From an uncultured virus (IMG/VR IMGVR_UViG_3300025767_000004) (Duplodnaviria > Heunggongvirae > Uroviricota > Caudoviricetes), in IMG/VR virus record IMGVR_UViG_3300025767_000004: a stretch of 47,142 nt of DNA; one strand, given 5' to 3'. The notes under the pieces are model-generated. The model was given only the letters and a program-made list of their open reading frames with translations. It did no database searches and was not told where the DNA came from. Both the position numbers and the translations under genes were made by a program. Shown one piece after another: positions 9,441-19,291 of the stretch (its first letter is position 1; each line of letters opens with the position of its first letter).

Positions 9441-10830
9441 TTCTTGGAATTATTCTATTACCGACTCTTAAGAATGGTGAAACATTATCTTTATCAATCT
9501 TTGGTGGAGCAACTTCCTTTAACTCTTCCTCTTCATATGTTGTGTCATCACCCAAATCCTCATCTTCTTCCTCAAAGATAATATCTTCTTCAAATTTAAG
9601 TTCCTCATCTGTCATATCGCTGACCATATCATTCATAACCATATCTAAAGCGTGGTCTTCGTCAAATTCAACCTCTGTTTTAAGTTCTTCCTTTGGTTCT
9701 TCTTCATCCCACTCCTCAGAATCCTCTATCTCTTCAAACTGATTTCTAAAGTCATACATCTCCTCTTCAGACCAATACAATCCTTCATACTCATCATTAG
9801 GTGTTTCTTCTAACCTTTCCTCAAACCATTTAGGTGGTGTATCTTCCATATCACTATCATCACCAATAAACTCATCCTCAACTAACTCTTCTTTAGTTAC
9901 TGGTTCTTTATTGATTAGTGAATCCTCTATCTTACCTAATTGTTCTTCGGTAAGTACAATAGGTTTTGGTCCCTCGTCTAACTCATCTTCCTCTGATTCG
10001 TCTTTAGGGTCTTTCTTTATCTTATCGAACGCGAAGTTAGCCGCAACCACCAACGCAATCGCTAATGGGTCAAATACGAATATAATAATCAATAATAGGA
10101 TGTTGATAATACTACCCATATCTGAACCTGTAAGTTCACTTAAGTATTTTAGGGGTCCTAATTCCCCCGCTAAATCAGATTCTGTCTTTACGTCCAATAC
10201 TCTCATATCTAAAGAGTTTATTGAATCTGTTGTGACTTCTATCTTTTTAGCTATCTCATTTCTTTGAGTGATAGCCCCATCAAGCTGAGCCTGTAATGCT
10301 CTTCGATTACTTGATGAGGTGGTCGTAATAATCTGACCTGTCTCTCTATCTTTATATTGAATAACATTATTCGCTAAACCGTCTCTTAACGATTTAATAC
10401 TCTTATCTATCTCACTTTTCTCCTCTAAAAAATAGGCTCTGTCTTCAGTATATCGATTCTTCTTTAACTCGTAGACCTCAACCTCTTTATCCACTAACCC
10501 TGACTTCGTAGCCGTCTCTTGGTAAGCGGCAGATAAGAATCCGTAAATCCCCGCAGATGTAATTAGTATTAATATGAAAGTTGCCGTTGTTAAATATACC
10601 TTTAACAGTCTATTTAATTGTGACCAATATTGGTATAGTAAAGATGCGATTACCAATTTAGCAAACTCTAACGAACCCGCCATAATAATAACCTCAAAAG
10701 ACGCTCCTGCAAATAACTTACTTAAACCCGTTACCGAATAAAAAGCCGCTGAAGCACTTACCGATAATGCCGATAACGCAATAATCGTTGGGAACGTTCT
10801 CTTTTTTAACTCATTTAAAAATTTAATCAT
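9421..10830 (-). CDS. Multi-TM coiled-coil membrane protein with acidic tail
   Basis: 3 N-terminal TM helices, coiled coil, IIFVFDPLAI TM, D/E-rich C-terminus. Confidence 0.8.
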   Translation of the reverse strand: MIKFLNELKKRTFPTIIALSALSVSASAAFYSVTGLSKLFAGASFEVIIMAGSLEFAKLVIASLLYQYWSQLNRLLKVYLTTATFILILITSAGIYGFLSAAYQETATKSGLVDKEVEVYELKKNRYTEDRAYFLEEKSEIDKSIKSLRDGLANNVIQYKDRETGQIITTTSSSNRRALQAQLDGAITQRNEIAKKIEVTTDSINSLDMRVLDVKTESDLAGELGPLKYLSELTGSDMGSIINILLLIIIFVFDPLAIALVVAANFAFDKIKKDPKDESEEDELDEGPKPIVLTEEQLGKIEDSLINKEPVTKEELVEDEFIGDDSDMEDTPPKWFEERLEETPNDEYEGLYWSEEEMYDFRNQFEEIEDSEEWDEEEPKEELKTEVEFDEDHALDMVMNDMVSDMTDEELKFEEDIIFEEEDEDLGDDTTYEEEELKEVAPPKIDKDNVSPFLRVGNRIIPRNDRYGG

Positions 10831-10881
10831 AATATAGTTTTAATTAATAAATTTAACATACCTACATAAATAGTCAAATCT

Positions 10882-11673
10882 TTATAAGTAATCGAAAATC
10901 ACATCAGACTCATTACGTAGTTTTCTTAATGCCTTTTCTTTAATCTGTCTAACTCTTTCTTTTGTCAAACCAAAATCACCACCGATATCCTCTAAAGTTC
11001 TCGGAGTACCGACAAGACCAAAGTAGTCTTTCACAATCGCATTTTCACGACTATCTAACACATCCATTATTTTGATTAGTTGTTTTTTAACAATATCATC
11101 ACCATCTAACTTAGAGTCAGGCATAATCGCATCTGAATCTTCTAAAAGGTCAAACATTGTATCACCCTCATCATTGATGTGGTCGTCAAAGGTAACCGCA
11201 TGAGCCAAATTACTTAACTTAGGATTCACATCCTCGATTCTCGTATCACTCTTTTTTGCTCTCTGTACCTCTTGTACTACATTAACTGGTAGTCTAATAG
11301 TCCTTGCATTCTCATTAAGTGTCTGTAAGATTGATTGTCTAACCCACCATACCGCATATGAGATAAATCTAAACCCTCTCTCCCAATCGAAGTTTTTAAT
11401 TGCCTTCATAAGACCTAAGTTCCCTTCGGAAATTAAATCAGACATATCAACACCCTGACCCTGATAATCCTTAGCTACCGTTATTACGAATCTTAGATTA
11501 CCTTCCAATAGTTCCTTATGAACCATATCAATCTCCTGTTGAGTAACGTCCTTCTTAGACATAATCTCTGAAAGTTCTTTCTCTCTCTCAACTGTTATTA
11601 CTGGTAATTTCCTTAACTCTTTAAGGTAATGTGAAATCTCGTCTTGGTTAATGTGTGAATTGTATCCTGCCAT
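10882..11673 (-). CDS. Sigma70-family (RpoD/SigA-like) RNA polymerase sigma factor
   Basis: NLRFVITVAK, DLISEGNLGLMKA, FISYAVWWVRQ (region 2); TLEDIG...LTKERVRQIKEKALRKLR (region 4). Confidence 0.95.
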   Translation of the reverse strand: MAGYNSHINQDEISHYLKELRKLPVITVEREKELSEIMSKKDVTQQEIDMVHKELLEGNLRFVITVAKDYQGQGVDMSDLISEGNLGLMKAIKNFDWERGFRFISYAVWWVRQSILQTLNENARTIRLPVNVVQEVQRAKKSDTRIEDVNPKLSNLAHAVTFDDHINDEGDTMFDLLEDSDAIMPDSKLDGDDIVKKQLIKIMDVLDSRENAIVKDYFGLVGTPRTLEDIGGDFGLTKERVRQIKEKALRKLRNESDVIFDYL

Positions 11674-11685
11674 ATATCTATTTTT

Positions 11686-12246
11686 TTAATTTTGTTTGTT
11701 TAAAAATTCTTTTTCTTCTTCAGTTAGCGAAGATAAACCATTTTCTGTGATTTTATCTAATATTTCGTCTAAATCTAACTCTTTTGATTTTGTAATGTTC
11801 TTCACCCCTGAAACAAATTCCTCGAACATACCGTCTATCTTACCCAATAAATCACTCATATCGGGAAATAATTCCTCATCACTAAGTAAGTCATTGGTCA
11901 TATCGATATCGTTTTGCCTTTTTACGATATGATTAGTATCAGTATCTAAGTCGAATAAATGCGTATCCATCCCATCTTTAAAGTTATGACCTAACTTTCT
12001 TGGTTTTGGAGTAAAGATGTAATTAGTTATATAGTCAGGCATCTGACCCTTTATATAGTCATTGATGTCATCAAAAGTCTCTACCGACTTAAAACAAATA
12101 ATCCCTGAACCAATTCCGTGAACAAATTTTAGGTACCCACTGTCCACAACAGGTAATAAGATATCTCTAATGTCTCTGACTAACTCAGTCTCACTAATCC
12201 AAACTCCATATATGTATAACATATACGACTTGTTTCTTTTTTTCAT
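11686..12246 (-). CDS. Hypothetical protein with C-terminal LDEILDKI...SLTEEEKEFL helical motif
   Basis: Tail resembles the DUF6576-type motif of Bacteroidota rhomboid C-termini. Confidence 0.65.
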   Translation of the reverse strand: MKKRNKSYMLYIYGVWISETELVRDIRDILLPVVDSGYLKFVHGIGSGIICFKSVETFDDINDYIKGQMPDYITNYIFTPKPRKLGHNFKDGMDTHLFDLDTDTNHIVKRQNDIDMTNDLLSDEELFPDMSDLLGKIDGMFEEFVSGVKNITKSKELDLDEILDKITENGLSSLTEEEKEFLNKQN

Positions 12247-12355
12247 GTACTATATCGATTATTAATAATTACCGCTAATATACAATATTTTTATGGTTTG
12301 TATCAATAAATGTCTTTTTTTATTACTTTAAATTAGGATTTATTTTAAACGTAGA

Positions 12356-12363
12356 TATTTATA
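12356..12363 (+). promoter_or_regulatory. Putative late-promoter motif TATTTATA
   Basis: 24 nt upstream of 12388, on the coding strand. Confidence 0.55.
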
Positions 12364-12387
12364 TATTATTACCAAACAATTTTAATT

Positions 12388-12813
12388 ATGAAAAAAACTA
12401 TAAAATTAACTGAGACACAACTTACTAACGTTATTAAAAACGTCTCAACATCAAAGATTAACGAACAATCAGACGAAGAAGTTAAAGACATATTTGACTT
12501 TGAAGAGGAAGAAGAAGATGATGAGGACGAAACCAATCCTTTAACAATAGCAGGACACTTTAAGGAAAATGAGTTTGGTGAAATAGAATTAGATGAAAAC
12601 GATATTGATGAGTTAACTTCTTTCAGTGAAGGAACACGTAGAAGATTTATCGGTGTAATTTACTATGACGCATTAATCCCAATGACTGACGATATCGAAT
12701 ACGATAAGAAAATCGCTTTAGGTATCTTAGAAAACGAAAGAAAGAAAATGGATAACGCTGAGACTTTCTTAGACAAAGCCGAATCTATCCACTTTAGAGA
12801 CAAACTATATTAA
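12388..12813 (+). CDS. Acidic protein with MKKTIKLTETQL leader (putative head-packaged)
   Basis: Leader resembles KKVLRLTESDL in 4398-5321. Confidence 0.7.
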   Translation: MKKTIKLTETQLTNVIKNVSTSKINEQSDEEVKDIFDFEEEEEDDEDETNPLTIAGHFKENEFGEIELDENDIDELTSFSEGTRRRFIGVIYYDALIPMTDDIEYDKKIALGILENERKKMDNAETFLDKAESIHFRDKLY

Positions 12814-12834
12814 ACAACAAAAACATATTATATT

Positions 12835-12868
12835 AAAAAACCCTCACCATTTCTGATGAGGGGTTTTT
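12835..12868. terminator. Bidirectional intrinsic terminator
   Basis: A6-CCCTCA-N10-TGAGGG-GT5 between convergent genes. Confidence 0.8.
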
Positions 12869-12886
12869 CTTTTTCATAAGTCAATC

Positions 12887-13561
12887 TTACCCACGTTTAC
12901 GAATTACCTCATCGATAATACCGTATTCTTTCGCTTCTGCAGCACTTAACCAAAAGTCTCGAGTCGCATCTTCTTTAACTACGTTAGCATCCTTACCACA
13001 ATACTCACCTAACAATTCGAAAAGTTGTTGGTTGACTTTTCTCCATTCCGCCATTGAAATCTCTGCGTCTTGGATATTACCTACCGCACCTCCCGATGAT
13101 TGGTGTAACATTGTTTGTGAGAATCTTAATGAACTACGTTTTCCTTTAGTTCCCGCACCTAATAGTACTGAACCCATAGACGCCGCCATTCCCGCGTTTA
13201 CTGTTGCAATATCTGAATTTACATAATCCATTACATCTACCATAGATAGACCCGCTTTCACAGAACCACCTGGTGAGTCAATATACATTGAAATATCACC
13301 ATCATCTAAATTATCCAAAAACAATAGTTGTGCTTGAACAATAGATGCCATATAATCATTAACAGGACCTGCAACCCATAGGATTCTATCCATCATTAAT
13401 CTAGAAAACACATCCATCTGTGTCACGTTCATTGAACGTTCTTCCAAGATATATGGTGTCATAGAACTCTCAAGTTGTTTGTTCGCATAGTGAAGGTTCA
13501 TTGATGACACTCCGTGGTCTTTAGCGAAAAGACCAAAATCTTTAATTTCGTTGTATTTCAT
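12887..13561 (-). CDS. clpP: ATP-dependent Clp protease proteolytic subunit
   Basis: DVFSRLMMDRI, YIDSPGGSV, AASMGS (catalytic Ser), MLHQ, RDFWLSAAEAKEYGIID. Confidence 0.95.
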   Translation of the reverse strand: MKYNEIKDFGLFAKDHGVSSMNLHYANKQLESSMTPYILEERSMNVTQMDVFSRLMMDRILWVAGPVNDYMASIVQAQLLFLDNLDDGDISMYIDSPGGSVKAGLSMVDVMDYVNSDIATVNAGMAASMGSVLLGAGTKGKRSSLRFSQTMLHQSSGGAVGNIQDAEISMAEWRKVNQQLFELLGEYCGKDANVVKEDATRDFWLSAAEAKEYGIIDEVIRKRG

Positions 13562-13584
13562 ACTGTTTTATTTTTATTATTAAA

Positions 13585-13615
13585 CAAAGGTAATCATTCT
13601 AATGGAAAAGCACAA
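13585..13615 (-). promoter_or_regulatory. Bacteroidota-type promoter for clpP
   Basis: TTG-N20-TACCTTTG. Confidence 0.7.
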
Positions 13616-14144
13616 TACCTTTTCCTTTTACTTTTTCAAAAGCCGTTTGAAAGCTTCTATACACACTATAGAAATAATCTAACTCATCTCGAGTAAAGTC
13701 AATTGCCTCATTTTGATTATATCCGTATTTGTTTGGTTTGATAACTTCCCAGTTGATAATCTTTTGGTATGCATTAAACACATCGCTTAATCGACCTGAT
13801 GTGAACGGACCAATAAACCCGTCACAGTCAGTAAACTGAGTTAAATCTATAAACGGTGTAGGACCATATAAGTCCATTAACTCAGGATGATTCTCAGCAC
13901 ATACAACACTAATATGTTGTAACATTCTCCTAAATAATCCGTACCCACTATATGAGCCCGCTCTAAATCCATCAATACGTGTCGAATTGTATAACCCTTC
14001 CATATTGTCAGACTGTTCCCAATCATCATGCAAGTAAATTACATCATAACCATACTTTTCGTAAAACTCTTCACTATAAATCTCTACGTCTTCATCGTAT
14101 TTGATTTTATCCCCTAAGGTGTAATAACTAATATCTAATCCCAT
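13599..14144 (-). CDS. Hypothetical protein (MGLD- N-terminus)
   Basis: Start revised to 14144, immediately after the GT25 stop. Confidence 0.7.
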   Translation of the reverse strand: MGLDISYYTLGDKIKYDEDVEIYSEEFYEKYGYDVIYLHDDWEQSDNMEGLYNSTRIDGFRAGSYSGYGLFRRMLQHISVVCAENHPELMDLYGPTPFIDLTQFTDCDGFIGPFTSGRLSDVFNAYQKIINWEVIKPNKYGYNQNEAIDFTRDELDYFYSVYRSFQTAFEKVKGKGIVLFH

Positions 14145-14145
14145 T

Positions 14146-14886
14146 CTATTGTTCTGTTTCTGTAAGGCTATTCCCCATACCCTCACTCCTTGACTGACCG
14201 GTATAATCTACCTTCGTCGCCACGGCGTTTATATTACTAATATACATCTCTCTTAAGTCAGGTCTGGGGTGTGAACTCGTAACCGCAGATAAAAACTCAT
14301 CAGAGACAATAACGTTATTTTTTAAAACGGGTAAGTGGTCCTCAACTAATTTTGTAATACCACCTTCGTTTAATACATAAGTATGCGTATTATAGAAGAA
14401 TGTCGGTCTGATGAAATGTTCTTTACCAATTCTCGCTGGTCTCGGAATGTCTGAGAAATGATTATGTAATGAATTATGACTCATCAAACATAAGTCCCAA
14501 TCGTAATCCTCAATCTCACTGAAGATACTCCAATCGATACTCTCCATCAATGTAAAGTCGTCCTCAAGAATTAAAATATTCTCATATCCTTTTTCGTACG
14601 CATCCAACCAACACTTAGTGTGTGATATCATACCACCCGCTTCTCCTGATAATGCCTTTCTTTGCCACCACCACCAACCGTCAGGGTTGTTTAAGTTCCA
14701 ATGAGGATATAATCGATACTCAGGGAAATCTTCAGGTCTCTCCAATAAATCTTTACCCACAAATCCTGGCATGAACTCCAATACCGCATTATTTGGTAGT
14801 GGTAGGTCCATAGCTCTTGCAAATAATTCATCTTTGTATTCATCACTCATATCCATAGTGATAATGTAAACTCTATCTAACTTCAT
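14146..14886 (-). CDS. Glycosyltransferase family 25 (ColGalT/Lex2-like)
   Basis: GEAGGMISH..CW, ILILEDD, DWDL, THTYVL..G..KL, DEFL....HP. Confidence 0.85.
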   Translation of the reverse strand: MKLDRVYIITMDMSDEYKDELFARAMDLPLPNNAVLEFMPGFVGKDLLERPEDFPEYRLYPHWNLNNPDGWWWWQRKALSGEAGGMISHTKCWLDAYEKGYENILILEDDFTLMESIDWSIFSEIEDYDWDLCLMSHNSLHNHFSDIPRPARIGKEHFIRPTFFYNTHTYVLNEGGITKLVEDHLPVLKNNVIVSDEFLSAVTSSHPRPDLREMYISNINAVATKVDYTGQSRSEGMGNSLTETEQ

Positions 14887-17228
14887 TATTTAATGTTTTT
14901 TATACTCGACACATTGTCGTTTTTAGTTACCGTTATTACGTGGTCAGACCAATTTTTAACTAACGGATTATGTGTTATCACAAAAATATGTTCAAAATAA
15001 CTTTTAATCTTTTTGAAGAACTCACCAATCATCTCTAAGTTCTCATCCGCAACTTTACCAAATACCTCATCCATAACAATAACGTTAGGTTTTGGTAGTG
15101 CCGATACTTTGGATAGAACTGACCTTAACGCCATCGACGCAATTGTTCTCTCATACCCTGAACCCGAACTCATCGGTTTCTCCACTCTGGTCTCATCATC
15201 AATCATTACAAACTCAACCTCATTTTTATCTGAAATTCTCACATCCAATGTGAATCGACAACTATCTTCCAATAGTCTCGTAAGCTCAGAATTAATTACA
15301 GGTATCATTGAACGCAAAATTAACTTAGAAATACCATTCTTACCAAAGATAGCCAAATAAATTTCAAATATTATCTTAACATCCTCTTCTTTCTTAATTT
15401 TAACAATCTTTTCTTCAGAGGAAAGTATTTTATCGTTTTCATTTTTAATATCGTTCTTACAATCCTGTATTTTATATTTGATATTATCAATCTCTGCTGA
15501 TGTCGTCTCAATCTTAGTTTTGGTAACTACTAATTCTTTATCGATAACCAAATTCTCCTCCAACTTATGTTTGTTAGACTCCCATCTACTCATTACCGTT
15601 TCTTTTTCTTTTAGCTCCATTTCTTTCGCCATAAGTTCCAAACGGTACTTCTCCTTTCTTAGTTTGTCCCTATCGTAATCCTCAAATTCCTTCTTTAGTT
15701 TTGATAAAACAGAATCCTCCTCAATTAAACGGTCAATCTCTTTTGTCAGTCCCTTAACTTCTGTTAATGTACCTTTATATTGTTTTTCCTTTTCCTTAAT
15801 TTCTTTTGTGTGGTCAACATCATCCAACGCTCGTTTACAGGTAGGACAAATCTCACCCTCCTTAAGTTGTTTGATGAGTTCACTCAATTCACCACCTTTG
15901 GTTTCAGTAACCGTTCTCTTTGCTTTAGACTCCGATAATAAATCTCTTAATTCCCGATGTTTATCCTCATAGTAATATTCTGAAGGTTCTTTTACCTCAA
16001 TCTCATCGAAGTAATGACGGGTAACGGTAACCTTATCTTTGAAGTCATTGATTTCCTGTAAGTATCTCTCAGGGTTTAATTTAGTCAGTTCCTCATCGAT
16101 ATCTGTGTGACGCTTGGATATGAGAACATCTTTCTTATCAATGATATTTTGAAGTTCCTTTTGTTTAATATCCTTCTCCTTATCACTTTGTTCGATAATA
16201 ATACCCAACTCTTTTATCTTTTCCTTAGATTCCTCAATTTCATTCTTTAAGGTATCCAAATTGTAGATATTCGATATCAATGACTTATTCCAATCAGAAT
16301 AAATCTTCTTTGATACCGCCTCTTTCTCCTTTAGTGATTCCAACCCAATAAACTTTGTGAATATCTGACCCAATGCCGTTGGTTTTGAATCAATCAACTC
16401 TTCTAAGTTTGTTCCTGTGGTTAGTATGGTTGTTAAGAAGTCATCCTGTGTACCAATTGCAGACTTAATGAATTCTTCAGTCTCCCTTCTTTGTTCACCA
16501 GATAAGTTTATCATCTCACCGTCAGACATCTTCTTAATAAACTCCAATGACGAACTAACCGTGAATCCACCCGCTCTTTTTGGTTTTCTTTTGATATTTC
16601 TTACAATGACATACTCCTCACCGTCAATCATTACATCACCCCTAACGTGAACATCGTTCTTAGTGGTAAACTGATTAAATACTTCCTCGTTTTTCTTTGT
16701 CTTTGTGGTTTGGTTGAAGAATAAGAACATCATAAGGTCAACGGCCAATACCGTCTTACCACCAAAGTTAGGTGGGTCCGACTCAATACAGGTAATACCT
16801 CCCAAATCATCAAATAAAACCACATTACCATCACCGTAAGATAAGAAGTTGGAGAACTCCAACCTTTTAATATACCACTGTCTGAAACGAATGGTGTTTT
16901 GGTTTGACTTATCAATCTCACCGTTAATCCTATCGTCCAATCGACTTAACATGTCCCAATCAACATCAATCTTTTGTTGTTTAATGAAATCTTTCATCAA
17001 CCCCTTTTGATATTGCGTATCCAAAATGTTGTCCGCCATATCGATGGAGCTGAACTTTTGTTGTTCCTTACTCAACACCGTCTTTGTGACAACAGTTACA
17101 TTCTTAGATTTGTATTTTTTTATGAAGTATGATTTGATTCTCGCAATCCTTTCCTGTGTGAATGATTCCGCAACATCTTCCCATACCACCTTAATCTTTG
17201 GGTTTTCCAATAGGTTTTTATCTAGCAT
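14886..17228 (-). CDS. SbcC/Rad50/gp46-like recombination ATPase
   Basis: NFLSYG, Walker A NFGGKT, CPTC zinc hook in coiled coil, signature SGSGYE, Walker B IVMDEVFG, ITH; start revised to 17228. Confidence 0.92.
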   Translation of the reverse strand: MLDKNLLENPKIKVVWEDVAESFTQERIARIKSYFIKKYKSKNVTVVTKTVLSKEQQKFSSIDMADNILDTQYQKGLMKDFIKQQKIDVDWDMLSRLDDRINGEIDKSNQNTIRFRQWYIKRLEFSNFLSYGDGNVVLFDDLGGITCIESDPPNFGGKTVLAVDLMMFLFFNQTTKTKKNEEVFNQFTTKNDVHVRGDVMIDGEEYVIVRNIKRKPKRAGGFTVSSSLEFIKKMSDGEMINLSGEQRRETEEFIKSAIGTQDDFLTTILTTGTNLEELIDSKPTALGQIFTKFIGLESLKEKEAVSKKIYSDWNKSLISNIYNLDTLKNEIEESKEKIKELGIIIEQSDKEKDIKQKELQNIIDKKDVLISKRHTDIDEELTKLNPERYLQEINDFKDKVTVTRHYFDEIEVKEPSEYYYEDKHRELRDLLSESKAKRTVTETKGGELSELIKQLKEGEICPTCKRALDDVDHTKEIKEKEKQYKGTLTEVKGLTKEIDRLIEEDSVLSKLKKEFEDYDRDKLRKEKYRLELMAKEMELKEKETVMSRWESNKHKLEENLVIDKELVVTKTKIETTSAEIDNIKYKIQDCKNDIKNENDKILSSEEKIVKIKKEEDVKIIFEIYLAIFGKNGISKLILRSMIPVINSELTRLLEDSCRFTLDVRISDKNEVEFVMIDDETRVEKPMSSGSGYERTIASMALRSVLSKVSALPKPNVIVMDEVFGKVADENLEMIGEFFKKIKSYFEHIFVITHNPLVKNWSDHVITVTKNDNVSSIKNIK

Positions 17229-17258
17229 TAATCGTATAGTTTGTTGTAAAGATAACAT

Positions 17259-17294
17259 AAAAAACCCCCACTTTCAACTGTGAGAGTCTTTTTA
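17259..17294 (-). terminator. Terminator-like hairpin upstream of sbcC
   Basis: Minus strand CTCTCAC-N8-GTGGGGG-T6. Confidence 0.55.
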
Positions 17295-17370
17295 TTATTT
17301 CAAACCTTATTTTATTTGTGAAATCAATAAATTATGAGTATCTTAGTAATACAAACTTAAAAAATACACA

Positions 17371-17961
17371 ATGAAAAATATAATATTAATAATAGTATCA
17401 GTACTCATAACCACTCAACTATTCGGTCAAGTAAACCCAGCAAAAGAAAGAGTTAAACAGACAGAACCATATAGACTCACAATAGAAGATATCGAAAATC
17501 TTATGTCCTTTGGGTCAAAAGAGTTTAATTCCGATAGTATGAACACGGAATTCTTCGTGATATTAAATGAATATCGAAGGTTTAAAAATCTACCTGAACT
17601 TACTTTCGATACATTACTATTTAAAACGGCAGACATACAAACTCAATACTGTACAACTAAAAAGAAATTATCACATATTAATAGTAATCCATCATTAAGA
17701 CACCCATCGGATAGATTAAAAAGTATTGACACCAATTATAACGTAACCTTTAAAGGTGAAATTATACTTGAAACCGTTCATATGATGGCAATATCAGAGG
17801 GTAGGTCGATTATTGAACATATGTTAGACATGTTCTATAACAGTCCCCCACATAAGGAAATCATGGAGAACCGTGAATCCACTAAAGTGGGTATATCAAT
17901 CAAACGAAACAATGAAAATAAAAGACACTATTGTGTAGTAGTATTCGGTAAAAAATCTTAA
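17371..17961 (+). CDS. Secreted CAP/SCP-domain protein
   Basis: Signal peptide; LNEYRR..NL..L, LSH, GEI, NSPPHKEIM, VGISI. Confidence 0.85.
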   Translation: MKNIILIIVSVLITTQLFGQVNPAKERVKQTEPYRLTIEDIENLMSFGSKEFNSDSMNTEFFVILNEYRRFKNLPELTFDTLLFKTADIQTQYCTTKKKLSHINSNPSLRHPSDRLKSIDTNYNVTFKGEIILETVHMMAISEGRSIIEHMLDMFYNSPPHKEIMENRESTKVGISIKRNNENKRHYCVVVFGKKS

Positions 17962-17964
17962 TAC

Positions 17965-19203
17965 TTAAAATATCGGACAGTCATCAAGAACTTTCTTAAC
18001 CTTCCTATTGACCGTTGAACTACCACCTTTAGGCGTTTTAAAACCTCCATTCATTCTCGGTCCTTTCTGATACCATTTAACACCAAACTCAACTGAGTAT
18101 TCTCTTCCGGTTATAACTTCACTACTAGGCTTATTAACGTCCTTAGTTTCCACAATAATATCAACCTCAAATATGATAAATTTATACTTATCATACTGAG
18201 ACTTACTCTCTAAAGGACTACCAAATTGATTTATACTCTCACTGTCTAACTGACCTCTCCCATACGTATTATCGTAAGTACCATCTTTAGAAATTGTATA
18301 TTGTACTCCTTCACTATTTTCACCAGGATTAGGACCACTAGTCCCATCACCATTTTTACCACCCCTTAAAACTTTGTGGTTATTAGTGAATTTAACACCT
18401 ATCTCAGATAAACGACCATATAATTCTTGGTAAACTTTATCCGCTCTTTGTTTTGAAAGTTCCGCCCACGTCAAATCTTTCGCCTCATTAGTGTTTCTGA
18501 ATCTAGACGAACTTGCAGCTACATCAATCTTACGACAGACGTATTGACCGTTATTCATCTCCATAACCCCTTTAACATATTCCACATATGAGTCTATTTT
18601 AACTCTAACTTCAGGTGTTATATCGGATTTATTATCTATAAATGTTTTTTCACCTGAAAGGCTGAAAATTTGACTATTAACTACAGGTTCCGATTCCGGT
18701 GTTTTGACCTTACTTCTTGTAAGTTGTCCCTTTTCAATATTAGCAGTTATTTTACCACTTTTAGTTTTAAGACCACTTTCTTTAGCCATTTTTTTAACTT
18801 GTCTGTCACCATTTTCAGACCACTCAATAAATGACTGTATAAACCTAACCCTTTCTTCCTGACTAACATTTAAGAACCACATTTTCATATCCGTAGGACT
18901 CGCCGATAAGTTAGACATTGCTTGTAGAAATCTAACATAGTTATCCCCAAACTTAGTGATTAAATCTTCTCTTCTATCTATAGATTGTTGTAGTTTTTCT
19001 TGGTCACCTCTATAGATATTTTGTATCATTCTATCAACACTAGTCGAAGTGTCATTAAACATATTTAAATCCTCCTCTGTTGGCATCATAGGTTCCTTAT
19101 ACTTACTATCTTGCTCAGTTAAATATTGTCTTTTTGTTGCCGATTCGTGTAGATTTAATATCCTACTTTTTTCACTTTCATTTATATTGAATAACTTTTT
19201 CAT
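17965..19203 (-). CDS. Putative head-packaged protein with divergent OmpA-C-like domain
   Basis: Leader INESEKSRILNLHES...LTEQ; FIDNKSDI...LSKQRADKVYQEL; TATTTATA at 19231-19238. Confidence 0.6.
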   Translation of the reverse strand: MKKLFNINESEKSRILNLHESATKRQYLTEQDSKYKEPMMPTEEDLNMFNDTSTSVDRMIQNIYRGDQEKLQQSIDRREDLITKFGDNYVRFLQAMSNLSASPTDMKMWFLNVSQEERVRFIQSFIEWSENGDRQVKKMAKESGLKTKSGKITANIEKGQLTRSKVKTPESEPVVNSQIFSLSGEKTFIDNKSDITPEVRVKIDSYVEYVKGVMEMNNGQYVCRKIDVAASSSRFRNTNEAKDLTWAELSKQRADKVYQELYGRLSEIGVKFTNNHKVLRGGKNGDGTSGPNPGENSEGVQYTISKDGTYDNTYGRGQLDSESINQFGSPLESKSQYDKYKFIIFEVDIIVETKDVNKPSSEVITGREYSVEFGVKWYQKGPRMNGGFKTPKGGSSTVNRKVKKVLDDCPIF

Positions 19204-19259
19204 AATACCTTTTCTTAGTTGTTAGTTTATTATAAATACCCTTAATCGACAATTTAACT

Positions 19260-19291
19260 AAAAAATCCCCACATTTCTGTGAGGGTCTTTT
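19260..19291 (-). terminator. Intrinsic terminator, copy 1 of 25-bp direct repeat
   Basis: AAAAAATCCCCACATTTCTGTGAGG identical to 21792-21816. Confidence 0.85.
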
